From positions 2,249 through 66,248 of the forward strand of contig JAZRJE010000020.1 of NCBI GenBank assembly GCA_045645645.1: DNA of 64,000 nt. Direction: 5' to 3'. A program made the translations under genes and the position numbers. The notes beneath the pieces were generated by a model, which saw nothing but the letters and a program-made list of their open reading frames with translations, was not told the DNA's origin and searched no databases. Shown here in pieces: positions 37,183 to 45,904 of the stretch (position 1 is its first letter; each line of letters opens with the position of its first letter). This stretch comes from Candidatus Enterousia sp. Lineage in GTDB: Bacteria; Pseudomonadota; Alphaproteobacteria; Rs-D84.

Positions 37183-38253
37183 GTGCACATGAAGTTATCT
37201 GTAATTGTACCATGCTATAATGTTGCGCCATTTCTGTCACGCTGCTTGATGAGTCTGACAAATCAAAGCGTGACTGATTTGGAAATTATTTGTATCGACG
37301 ATAAATCAACTGATAACACATTAGATGTTTTAAAAATGTGTGCAAGGGAAGATTTGCGTATTCGTATCATTGAAAATGATGAAAATATGGGCGTCGGATA
37401 CAGCAGAAATCGTGGATTAGATGCTGCAACTGGTGAATATGTTGGATTCGTCGACCCAGATGATTGGGTTGATACCGATTTTTATGAAAAGTTGATTAAG
37501 GTAGCTGAAAAAACAAAAACGCCAGTAGTGTGCGGTGATGTTTTTGAACACCCTGTTACAGGCAAGCCATTTCATAGAAATGCGAATTTTAAGCGTTCTG
37601 GCCATTGGCATTGGATGGGATTCTGGTCAGCGGTTTATTCGCGTGATTTTCTGAATCAATTTAATTTGTTTTTCCCAAGCTTGGTTATCGGTGAAGATTC
37701 TGTGTTTGAAGCAGCCGTAAAAGTGCATATGCCAAAATCGATTGGTTATGTGTCTGGGACTGCGTACCATTATGTCCGGCGAATCGAAGGCGCAAATGTT
37801 CATAAATGGTCTGATAAACAAATGAATGATTATATCAGCGCAGTTGAACAGATTGTAGATATATATAATATGGCCGATAATGTTACACCAGATAATTATA
37901 ATGTTGGTGTGGTTATGTATTTCTTTTCTCATTTATGTAATGCGATATATCATAATTCGCCAGAACAAGGAAAAAAGATTGCACAAGCGTTGTGTGGAAT
38001 TTCAAAAAAATTAAAATATGTTCAGGGTTTCTTTGACAAAAGAGCTGATCTGCTGACTGCGTTGGTGCGTAATGATCCAGATGCAGTTATTGAAGATATG
38101 AAGGTACATCGCTATTATTATATTTCATATAGGTTGCCAGGAATTAAAAAGCCAGTTATGACAGTCAAATATAATAAAAAATGTAAAGTAGTTAGGTTGT
38201 TTGGTATGAGAATACTGGAACGGCATTACGAAGAACAAAATACATATATTTAA
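37183..38253 (+). CDS. Family 2 glycosyltransferase
   Basis: LSVIVPCYNVAPFLSRCLMSLTNQSVTDLEIICIDDKSTDNT and GFVDPDD. The start is GTG 37183 or ATG 37189, immediately after the upstream stop. Confidence 0.85.
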   Translation: MHMKLSVIVPCYNVAPFLSRCLMSLTNQSVTDLEIICIDDKSTDNTLDVLKMCAREDLRIRIIENDENMGVGYSRNRGLDAATGEYVGFVDPDDWVDTDFYEKLIKVAEKTKTPVVCGDVFEHPVTGKPFHRNANFKRSGHWHWMGFWSAVYSRDFLNQFNLFFPSLVIGEDSVFEAAVKVHMPKSIGYVSGTAYHYVRRIEGANVHKWSDKQMNDYISAVEQIVDIYNMADNVTPDNYNVGVVMYFFSHLCNAIYHNSPEQGKKIAQALCGISKKLKYVQGFFDKRADLLTALVRNDPDAVIEDMKVHRYYYISYRLPGIKKPVMTVKYNKKCKVVRLFGMRILERHYEEQNTYI

Positions 38254-38276
38254 AAACGCCCCAGCGGGGCGTTTTT
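38252..38276. terminator. Bidirectional Rho-independent terminator
   Basis: AAAAACGCCCC-AGC-GGGGCGTTTTT lies between convergent genes. Confidence 0.85.
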
Positions 38277-39573
38277 AATTCAGTAAATCATTACTTTTTA
38301 TGTATTCGGAATCTGTTTTCTTAAGATGTTTTTTTGCCGTGTTCGCGTATTTGTGGGCTTTTTCTGTGTCGCCCAGCAGGTTATAATATTCTGCCATTGC
38401 CCATGCGCTGCGACCAGGATCTGTATCATCATATGCAAGGGATAAAACCCAATATGCCAGTGGGGTAGGTGATGATAATATAGATCGCTTACATAATTCA
38501 ATTGCACGTGTTTTATCATATGGTTTGTTTCGCTCAGTCAGGACCAACGCCAGTGCGGTTTCTATCTGGGGGGCGTTGTTTAACTGTTTTAGTGATTGTT
38601 CGTATGCGTATACACTGTCATCATAATGACCAAACTGATATTCTATGTCGCCCAATAATTCATAAAAATAACCATTGTCAGGTTGACGCGATATTAATGT
38701 CTGGGTGCCTGTACGAGCTGCGTCCAAATTCCCGCCACGCATGTTTGCAATTGCACGTGCATAAATAGCTGCATCCGATTTATCAGAATATGGATATTTG
38801 GTTAGAACAGTTTTTGATGTGTCTAAATAGCCAATCAGTTTTGCACGAATCATTTCAAATTGGGGCGTAGTTGTATCGGCTGATAATGATGAATGTTTTT
38901 CTAGATATTGTTTGGCGTTGTTTAGACGTTCTCGTGTAAGTGGATGATTAATGCGATTGGGATTGATACGACTTTCCAATGCGCTGGTTTGATCATGCAT
39001 TTGTTCGAAAACTGTGATAAACCCATTTGGGTTTAAATCTGCTTTTATCATTAATTCTAGACCAAGTTTATCTGCAATACGCTCTTCGTCACGTGAAAAT
39101 GACATCATGGACTGGTTCGCAATTCCACCAGATCCAGCCAGTACCCCAGCGCCTAGTGATGGGTTGCCACCAGCAACCATTAGACCGACCCCTAAAGCTT
39201 GTATAAGCATCGTTCGCTTCATTTCTGCATCCATCCGAGCGGATAGTTGCGCCATGTGTCCACCAATCGTGTGGCCCAATTCGTGGGCAATAACAGCCTG
39301 AAGTGCAGCTGGTGTTTTAATTTGTTTCAACAGCCCAGTGTAAATATATACGTCTTCGCCACCACGAACAAACGCATTAAAGTCATCATCATTAACAATA
39401 TGTATCTTTAATCTATTTGATGGAATATCTGCAGCAGAGGCCAAGGGATTGACCAGTGACGTTAGCATATATTCTGTTTCTGTATCATTAATTAAGGTCA
39501 TGCCATATGTCGGAAACACGAGTAGTATAGATAATAAAAATGTAATAATTTTATGCACCAGCGACCACCCCAC
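38275..39573 (-). CDS. M48-family zinc metalloprotease with a C-terminal TPR region (BepA-like)
   Basis: N-terminal hydrophobic leader. HELGHTIGGH (HExxH). TPR-like repeats in the C-terminal half. The start overlaps the recG stop by about 20 nt. Confidence 0.8.
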   Translation of the reverse strand: MGWSLVHKIITFLLSILLVFPTYGMTLINDTETEYMLTSLVNPLASAADIPSNRLKIHIVNDDDFNAFVRGGEDVYIYTGLLKQIKTPAALQAVIAHELGHTIGGHMAQLSARMDAEMKRTMLIQALGVGLMVAGGNPSLGAGVLAGSGGIANQSMMSFSRDEERIADKLGLELMIKADLNPNGFITVFEQMHDQTSALESRINPNRINHPLTRERLNNAKQYLEKHSSLSADTTTPQFEMIRAKLIGYLDTSKTVLTKYPYSDKSDAAIYARAIANMRGGNLDAARTGTQTLISRQPDNGYFYELLGDIEYQFGHYDDSVYAYEQSLKQLNNAPQIETALALVLTERNKPYDKTRAIELCKRSILSSPTPLAYWVLSLAYDDTDPGRSAWAMAEYYNLLGDTEKAHKYANTAKKHLKKTDSEYIKSNDLLN

Positions 39574-41608
39574 GATTAAATATGTACATTAGAGTTTGTG
39601 TCCATTCGTCAATAGTATTATCACGTGCAGCATTAGCAGCTAGTTTAAATAAATCGCGATGTTCACGATAGTCTACAAAATGATATTGTATCCAGCCACT
39701 TTGTTTCGTGCCCATTAATTCGCCGACACCACGCATCATAAGATCTTGTTCTGCAATTGCAAAACCATCATCTGTTTCACATAACACATCTAAACGCTTT
39801 AATCCGTCATCGGATAAGTTGTTGCCAAAAATTAGAACGCAATACGATTGTGTATTGCCGCGCCCAACACGCCCGCGTAACTGGTGTAGTGCTGCCAGAC
39901 CAAAGCGCTCTGCATTTTCTATAACAATAATGGATGCGCGTGGAACATCTATGCCAACTTCTATGACAGTGGTGGCCACTAAAATTTGCATGTCAGATTG
40001 GTCGTCTGCAAATTCTTCCATAACCTTATCCCGTTGCTTTTTATCCATTTGACCATGTACCAGACCTGCTGTGGGAAAGTATTGTGTTAACATTTTGTGA
40101 CGATCAGCCACTGCTGTTATATTTGTGTCAGTGTTTTCGGCTTCTTCTACAAGTGGACACACCCAAAAAACCTTAGCCCCGCTTGCAATTTGTGGTCGTA
40201 GACGTTCAATCAATTCATTAAGTCGCAACATTGGAAGCTTAGTTGTTTTTATAGTTTTGCGACCCGCTGGCTTCTGGTTTATTATTGAAACATCCATATC
40301 ACCATATATTGTCATCGATAGTGTTCGTGGTATTGGGGTCGCAGACAGTGCCAATAAATCTGGATTGTTGCCTTTTTTGCGCAGGGATTCACGCTGATTA
40401 ACACCAAAGCGATGTTGTTCGTCAATAATAACCAAGCCTAGATCTTTGTATTCAACGTCATCAGAAAATAAGGCGTGTGTACCAATTATTAGGCGTGTGC
40501 GACCTGATTTTAGTGATATCAATTTTTCACGACGGGCAATACCTTTGTCGCGCCCAGTTAATATGTCGCAGACAATGCCAATTTTATCGCAAAGTTGTCT
40601 TAATTTAGTGTAGTGCTGTTGTGCCAAAGTGTCTGTTGGGGCTAATAATGCGGTACATGCCCCTGTTTCTGCCATTTTTACGGCTGCGGCCATTGCAACA
40701 ATCGTTTTGCCACTGCCAACATCACCTTGAACCAGACGCATCATAGGAATTGGTTGCTGCATATCGTTAAATATTTCATCGCAGGTTCGTTTTTGAGCGT
40801 TTGTCATATCAAATGGTAAATTATTGTAAAATTTTTCCATAAGATTGTATTTTTTTGTACGAACTGTACGGTGATTGCGTGCATCAGTGCGATTCCGACG
40901 ACTGATGACAATTGCTGATTGATGTGCTAATAATTCACAGTATGCCAGTTTTACCATATATGTTGCATTTGGTTGCAAGTCGTTTGCTGATTCTGGAAAG
41001 TGTACATGTCGCAGTGCATCAAAAAATTCGTGTATGCGTTCATCTGGTTCGTTTGAAAGTTTGCTTGGAAGAATTGCAAAAATTTGCTCACGTATATTGG
41101 CAAATGTTTTTTGAGTAAGGCCTTCACCAGCAGGATAAATTGCTTGAATAGACGGTATCTTAGATGCGTTTTGCAATTCTTCGATAAATTCTGGGTGATT
41201 AATCGTCGGACGTGCGTTACGTTCTAATTTTCCAGATATTATACGCCATTCACCAACGGGAAGTTTTTTTAACCAATAATCTAGATAATTTGAATTAAAA
41301 AACTGAATAATGACAGTGTTTCCGATTTTGTCATTGCATGTTATTTGGGTCGGGCGTTTACGTCCACGAAAAAAACCACTGGTTTTATGGTTTTTGATAA
41401 GCAATGGAATCGTTATTGTGTCGCCTGGGGTTGTGTCCATTACATTGTCAGTAATATCACGTGCACGAACATATGATGGGCGGTGTAACAGAAAGTTTAA
41501 TACTTTTCTGCCCCCAAGAACTTCTTCAAGGCGTGTTGCTAATACTGGGCCAACACCCTTAATAAATTGTAAATCAGTGTTTAGAAAATCAATAAGTTCT
41601 TTTTTCAT
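39551..41608 (-). CDS. recG: ATP-dependent DNA helicase RecG
   Basis: Wedge/OB N-terminal region, GDVGSGKT, IIDEQHRFGV, SATPIPRT, QLRGRVGRG. Confidence 0.93.
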   Translation of the reverse strand: MKKELIDFLNTDLQFIKGVGPVLATRLEEVLGGRKVLNFLLHRPSYVRARDITDNVMDTTPGDTITIPLLIKNHKTSGFFRGRKRPTQITCNDKIGNTVIIQFFNSNYLDYWLKKLPVGEWRIISGKLERNARPTINHPEFIEELQNASKIPSIQAIYPAGEGLTQKTFANIREQIFAILPSKLSNEPDERIHEFFDALRHVHFPESANDLQPNATYMVKLAYCELLAHQSAIVISRRNRTDARNHRTVRTKKYNLMEKFYNNLPFDMTNAQKRTCDEIFNDMQQPIPMMRLVQGDVGSGKTIVAMAAAVKMAETGACTALLAPTDTLAQQHYTKLRQLCDKIGIVCDILTGRDKGIARREKLISLKSGRTRLIIGTHALFSDDVEYKDLGLVIIDEQHRFGVNQRESLRKKGNNPDLLALSATPIPRTLSMTIYGDMDVSIINQKPAGRKTIKTTKLPMLRLNELIERLRPQIASGAKVFWVCPLVEEAENTDTNITAVADRHKMLTQYFPTAGLVHGQMDKKQRDKVMEEFADDQSDMQILVATTVIEVGIDVPRASIIVIENAERFGLAALHQLRGRVGRGNTQSYCVLIFGNNLSDDGLKRLDVLCETDDGFAIAEQDLMMRGVGELMGTKQSGWIQYHFVDYREHRDLFKLAANAARDNTIDEWTQTLMYIFNRGVVAGA

Positions 41609-41648
41609 ACGATTTAAATTTAGTGAATTTTATCACGGTTTTCAATAG

Positions 41649-41673
41649 AAAACCCGCCATGTGGCGGGAAAAA
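41649..41673 (-). terminator. Rho-independent terminator after bamD
   Basis: On the minus strand: CCCGCC-ACAT-GGCGGG followed by TTTTC. Confidence 0.6.
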
Positions 41674-41678
41674 GTTTT

Positions 41679-42404
41679 TTATTTTAATTTTTTTGTCCAC
41701 TCATTTTCTGGAAAATTTAACCTTAGCATATCTGCATACCCACTTGCTTGTTCTGGTAGGCCGATGGCTGTATAACATTCGGTTAATCGGTATAGCGCTT
41801 CTGGTGGCATAACTGTTTCTTGGGCGCCAGATACGATTGATTGCAGGTGTGAAATTGCAGCAGGCCAGTTTTCGCGTGCCATTTCATTGCGTGCGGAATA
41901 CATGACTTTGCCTGCGATGTAATTTTTTAGTATAAGTATTTTATTTTCTGCATTTTTTGTATATGGACTGCGTGGAAAACGCTTTTTTAGATTTTGAAAT
42001 TCTGCCAGTGCATATGCGGACATGCCAGGTTCACGACGTACATCACTTACCTGGCGGTAATAGCACATGCCACGAAGATACAGCATGTATGCAACATCGC
42101 TGTGACCAGGGTGAAAACGCATATATCGATCAATAGCCAGTATTGCGCTGGCAAAATCGTCGTCCATGTAATATGAATATGCACTCATGACTAAGGCGTC
42201 TGGTGCAAATTGACTGGATGGGTATTGGGTTTCTGCTTTTTGAAATTCAATAGCTGCAATTTCATAGTTTTCGTCGTTGAATTCTGCGTATGCAGTTTTG
42301 TATATTTCTGCTATTGGTTGCGTGGTGGTTGTTTCATTTGCGGTTGTGCCAGCACATGCACCTAACAAAAAGCCACTGCAAGCCAAAGCTAATAATTTTT
42401 TCAT
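41679..42404 (-). CDS. bamD: Outer membrane protein assembly factor BamD (lipoprotein)
   Basis: Lipobox FLLGAC; TPR-like YfiO pattern (YPSSQFAPDALVMSAYSYY, HPGHSDVAYMLYLRGMCYY). Confidence 0.85.
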   Translation of the reverse strand: MKKLLALACSGFLLGACAGTTANETTTTQPIAEIYKTAYAEFNDENYEIAAIEFQKAETQYPSSQFAPDALVMSAYSYYMDDDFASAILAIDRYMRFHPGHSDVAYMLYLRGMCYYRQVSDVRREPGMSAYALAEFQNLKKRFPRSPYTKNAENKILILKNYIAGKVMYSARNEMARENWPAAISHLQSIVSGAQETVMPPEALYRLTECYTAIGLPEQASGYADMLRLNFPENEWTKKLK

Positions 42405-42456
42405 GGGTTTATTCCTGTCTTGATTTTGTTTGATTAAACGCAGTATAATCTAAACT

Positions 42457-43920
42457 ATGAAACTAGGCAAACATATTTTCGGTGTCGGTGCAATGACTGG
42501 TATCAGTCGGATATTTGGCTTTATTCGTGACATGTTGATTGCACGCGTTTTGGGGGCAGGACGATTGTCCGATATTTTTTTAGCTGCTTTTAAGTTGCCT
42601 AATTTGTTTCGAGATTTATTGGGGGAAGGGGCCTTGTCCGCAATATTTATCCCAATGTATACTGATTTAAAGAAAGATGATGGTTTTGCTAAAAATGTTT
42701 TTTCGTGGCTGTTTGTGGTGTTGTTGGGCATAACAATATTGTTTGAAATCTTTATGCCAGTTGTTATTTGGGGATTGGCTCCAGGGTTTGATGCAGATCC
42801 AGGTAAGATAGATATGACAATAAAAATTGCGCGCATAATGTTTGTTTATGTGATATTTGTTTGTGGTTCTGCTTTTTTGTCTGCGATTTTAAACGCTTTT
42901 TCTAAGTTTTTGTTAGCTGCTTTTATGCCTGTACTGTTAAATGTTATGTTAATAGGGGCGTTGTTATGTGCGATGGTGTTTGGAACAGCAAATGTGTTGT
43001 ATTTAATGGCAGGAACAGTTGTTGTATCAGGTGTAGTTCAGTTTGCGATATTGTGGGGACGAATTCGACGTCGGAATTTTGGACTGCGTTTGATTATACC
43101 GCGATTGACCCCAGGGATTAAAAGCCTGTTTAAACGTTTGGGGGTTAGTATCGTTGGAACTGGATTTTATCAGATAACAATAATTGTAGGAACTTTTGTC
43201 GCAAGCTTTCAAAGTGGGGCTGTATCATGGCTTTATTACGCAGATAGAATAGTGCAATTGCCTTTTGCGATGATTGGATTAGCTGTTGGAACAGTCTTGA
43301 TGTCTTCCATATCAAATGCGTTAGCAGATAAAAATATGCGCAGTGTTTATATTCAACAAAATTCATCTATGCGACGCTCGTTAATGTTGATTCTGCCATG
43401 TGTTGTTGGATTGTTCGTTTTAGCAAATCCAATTATAAAATATTTGTTTCAATATGGGGCGTGGACAGCAGCGTCTACATCAGCTGTGGCAAATGCGATA
43501 ATGATTCAGGTTTTGGTGTTGCCAGCAATGCTGATAAGTCAGGTTTATAGCAAGACTTTGTATGCTTCCCAAGACGTTAAGACCCCAGTTAAGACCAGTA
43601 TGGTGTCATTGGGCGTTGCAGCAGTGTTGTATTTAGCGTTATTCCCTGTTGTTGGGTACTTGGCGATACCAATAGGTGTTGTTATTAGTGGATATTTGAA
43701 AAATTATTTACTGGGACGGGCGTGTCGCAAGCGTGCGTTGGTAAATCATGATGCCAGAACATTGCGTGCAATTGCAGCATTTGCTGTTTGGGCAATGTTG
43801 CTTGGGTTTGGACTGTATAATATACCTATAACTAGTGTTTGGATGTTAGGGATGGCAATTGCGGGTTATGCAATAGTATATTTGCCTGTTGCGTATGTTG
43901 TTGATAAAAAAATTAGATAA
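42457..43920 (+). CDS. murJ: Lipid II flippase MurJ
   Basis: SRIFGFIRDMLIARVLGAG..SDIFLAAFKLPNLFRDLLGEGALSAIFIPMY; polytopic membrane protein. Confidence 0.9.
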   Translation: MKLGKHIFGVGAMTGISRIFGFIRDMLIARVLGAGRLSDIFLAAFKLPNLFRDLLGEGALSAIFIPMYTDLKKDDGFAKNVFSWLFVVLLGITILFEIFMPVVIWGLAPGFDADPGKIDMTIKIARIMFVYVIFVCGSAFLSAILNAFSKFLLAAFMPVLLNVMLIGALLCAMVFGTANVLYLMAGTVVVSGVVQFAILWGRIRRRNFGLRLIIPRLTPGIKSLFKRLGVSIVGTGFYQITIIVGTFVASFQSGAVSWLYYADRIVQLPFAMIGLAVGTVLMSSISNALADKNMRSVYIQQNSSMRRSLMLILPCVVGLFVLANPIIKYLFQYGAWTAASTSAVANAIMIQVLVLPAMLISQVYSKTLYASQDVKTPVKTSMVSLGVAAVLYLALFPVVGYLAIPIGVVISGYLKNYLLGRACRKRALVNHDARTLRAIAAFAVWAMLLGFGLYNIPITSVWMLGMAIAGYAIVYLPVAYVVDKKIR

Positions 43921-43990
43921 AATAAAATTTGAATATTGAGCTTGTTTGTGATAAAATCTGATTATAATAGAATGTAAGGAGTCCTTTGAT

Positions 43991-44893
43991 ATGAAAAAAA
44001 TAGTTTCTTTTGTAGCGTTGACTGCTTTGTTAGCTGGCTGCGCAGATTTGAGTACAACATCAACCTCAAATACATTTGGTGCAGATGGTTTTGGTGAAGA
44101 AGTTTTAGTTTCAAGTACGGGTGCAGAACAGTCTTTGAATACGGATGCGTACTTGATGGCTGCAGCGCCAAAGTATTATATCGGTACGGCTTATAAAGTT
44201 GAAGATGTTCAATATATTCCTGTTGAAGATATGACCTATAACCAGACAGGTGTTGCTGGGGTAATTCCGACTGAATTAAATGGAACAAAAACTAGCAATG
44301 GTGAGGTGTTTGATGTTAATCAATTGGTTGCAACCAGTAAGACTTTGCCATTGCCAACGATTGTTCGTGTAACTAATTTGGATAATGGACAATCTGTAAT
44401 TGTCCGTGTCAATAATCGTGGTCCGTTTGTGAATACACGTATTATGGATATATCTCCTGCGGCAGCACAAAGAATTGGATTGCGTGGTCAGGGTAAGGTT
44501 CAAGTTCAAGTCATGGCCCAAGAATCTGCAAGTGTAAAAGCGGCTACGTTGGGCGCGAATGAACCACAACAGCCTGCACCAGTTGCAACAGCACCTGTGA
44601 TGCAAGAAACAGTAACTGTGACTGCAGAACCTGTGTCAGCTCCTGTTGCTTCTGGTGATTATAGTGTACAGGTAGCTGCGTTTTATGCAGAAGATAGTGC
44701 TGCGACATTGGCAAACCGTATGAAGGCATATGGTGATGCTGTTGTTGTAACCGAAGGTGATATGTATAAAGTCCGTATTATTAACCTTGATGCAGCGAAG
44801 GCACGCAGTGTAATTGATGCGTTACGTAATAATGAGGGGATGGCCCCAGGGTTATTAAAGTCTGGCAGATGGGTAAATGCAGATAGTATTTAA
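43991..44893 (+). CDS. rlpA: Septal-ring lytic transglycosylase RlpA-family lipoprotein (DPBB plus SPOR)
   Basis: Lipobox LLAGC. TSNGEVFDVNQLVATSKTLPLPTIVRVTNLDNGQSVIVRVNNRGPF. C-terminal SPOR-like YSVQVAAFYAEDSAATLANRM. Confidence 0.85.
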   Translation: MKKIVSFVALTALLAGCADLSTTSTSNTFGADGFGEEVLVSSTGAEQSLNTDAYLMAAAPKYYIGTAYKVEDVQYIPVEDMTYNQTGVAGVIPTELNGTKTSNGEVFDVNQLVATSKTLPLPTIVRVTNLDNGQSVIVRVNNRGPFVNTRIMDISPAAAQRIGLRGQGKVQVQVMAQESASVKAATLGANEPQQPAPVATAPVMQETVTVTAEPVSAPVASGDYSVQVAAFYAEDSAATLANRMKAYGDAVVVTEGDMYKVRIINLDAAKARSVIDALRNNEGMAPGLLKSGRWVNADSI

Positions 44894-44920
44894 AAATTCC
44901 CCGAATGGGGAATTTTTTTA
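44892..44920 (+). terminator. Rho-independent terminator
   Basis: AAAAATTCCCC-GAAT-GGGGAATTTTTTT. Confidence 0.85.
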
Positions 44921-44978
44921 TTGTTCCGACGTAAATACCTCAGGCGTAAGCCCGAGGTATTATTTATTTTTATGCATC

Positions 44979-45680
44979 TTATTCGCGCCATGTAACGGAT
45001 GAAAACATTGAATTAATTTTGTTGCGCAGTTCTGCGTCATTAAAGAATTGTTCCCGAGATACAGAATCTGTTTTTGTGTCAGGTGTTTCAAAGTGTGGAA
45101 TATATTTTTGAATTGCTACATTTTTAACCTGATATGTTTTCAATATATCAACTATTTCTAGTAAATCAGATTTGTTTATATATCGTGGGTCGCACGTTAT
45201 ACGAACTTCAAAATCCTTGCCTGTGCCGCACCAGAATTCTAGTGATTTAATCATGTTTTTATATGCAATAGATTGACCAGTCAGATCGGTATACTTATTC
45301 TGTGTTGCTTTGAAATCTAGTCCAATCCAATCAATTGTATCTGCGGCTTTTTTTAATGTTTCTGGATAAAAACCATTTGTATGCAGACCAATTTTAAATC
45401 CCAGCTTGCGAATGCGTTGCATATATTCTATAACTGCATCACCTTGCATCAGGGCTTCGCCACCAGAAAATACAACTGCTTCTAATTTGCCAACTCTGGA
45501 TTGTAGCCATTCTTCTACGCGGTCTGGATCATATTCGCCGTCATGTGGGGTTAATAAATGGGGATTGGAACAATACGCACACCGCAATGGACATCCAACT
45601 AAAAACACCACAGACGCAAGTTTCCCAGGATAATCAATTGTGGTAAACGAAACCAATCCCCCAATTTGTATAGGCTTCAT
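44979..45680 (-). CDS. nrdG: Anaerobic ribonucleoside-triphosphate reductase activating protein (radical SAM)
   Basis: CPLRCAYCSNPH (CxxxCxxC); the start lies 4 nt after the stop of the small glycyl-radical ORF. Confidence 0.85.
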   Translation of the reverse strand: MKPIQIGGLVSFTTIDYPGKLASVVFLVGCPLRCAYCSNPHLLTPHDGEYDPDRVEEWLQSRVGKLEAVVFSGGEALMQGDAVIEYMQRIRKLGFKIGLHTNGFYPETLKKAADTIDWIGLDFKATQNKYTDLTGQSIAYKNMIKSLEFWCGTGKDFEVRITCDPRYINKSDLLEIVDILKTYQVKNVAIQKYIPHFETPDTKTDSVSREQFFNDAELRNKINSMFSSVTWRE

Positions 45681-45684
45681 AACA

Positions 45685-45864
45685 TTATGCCGCTTTTTTT
45701 AACAGTTCAGCGTGGCGACAACCTGCGCTAAGGCAGTTTGGTTCTGTAAATGTTTTTCGTTCACAGAATTCAGAATACTTACCAATGTTAAAATTTGATA
45801 CAGGGCGAATAAATCCCATAGAGCGTGAAAATACTTCGCAACGTGTTCTTTGGCAGTTAGTCAT
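45685..45864 (-). CDS. 59-aa stand-alone NrdD C-terminal glycyl-radical domain (not in the ORF track, below its 60-aa cutoff)
   Basis: AGGGAGGAAA SD at 45871-45880. My translation: MTNCQRTRCEVFSRSMGFIRPVSNFNIGKYSEFCERKTFTEPNCLSAGCRHAELLKKAA. R-x-x-G-[YF]...N-x-G-K..E...R is the glycyl-radical signature of class III RNRs. Confidence 0.75.
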   Translation of the reverse strand: MTNCQRTRCEVFSRSMGFIRPVSNFNIGKYSEFCERKTFTEPNCLSAGCRHAELLKKAA

Positions 45865-45904
45865 AGCGTGTTTCCTCCCTTTCTTTTTTGCTGACTGTTA
45901 TTTT

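Noticed and set aside
44934-44962. Second hairpin AATACCTC-N12-GAGGTATT after the rlpA terminator, as a possible REP-like element or small RNA.
   Set aside because: There is a single copy in the window and no flanking promoter. It is most simply a secondary terminator between convergent rlpA and nrdG.
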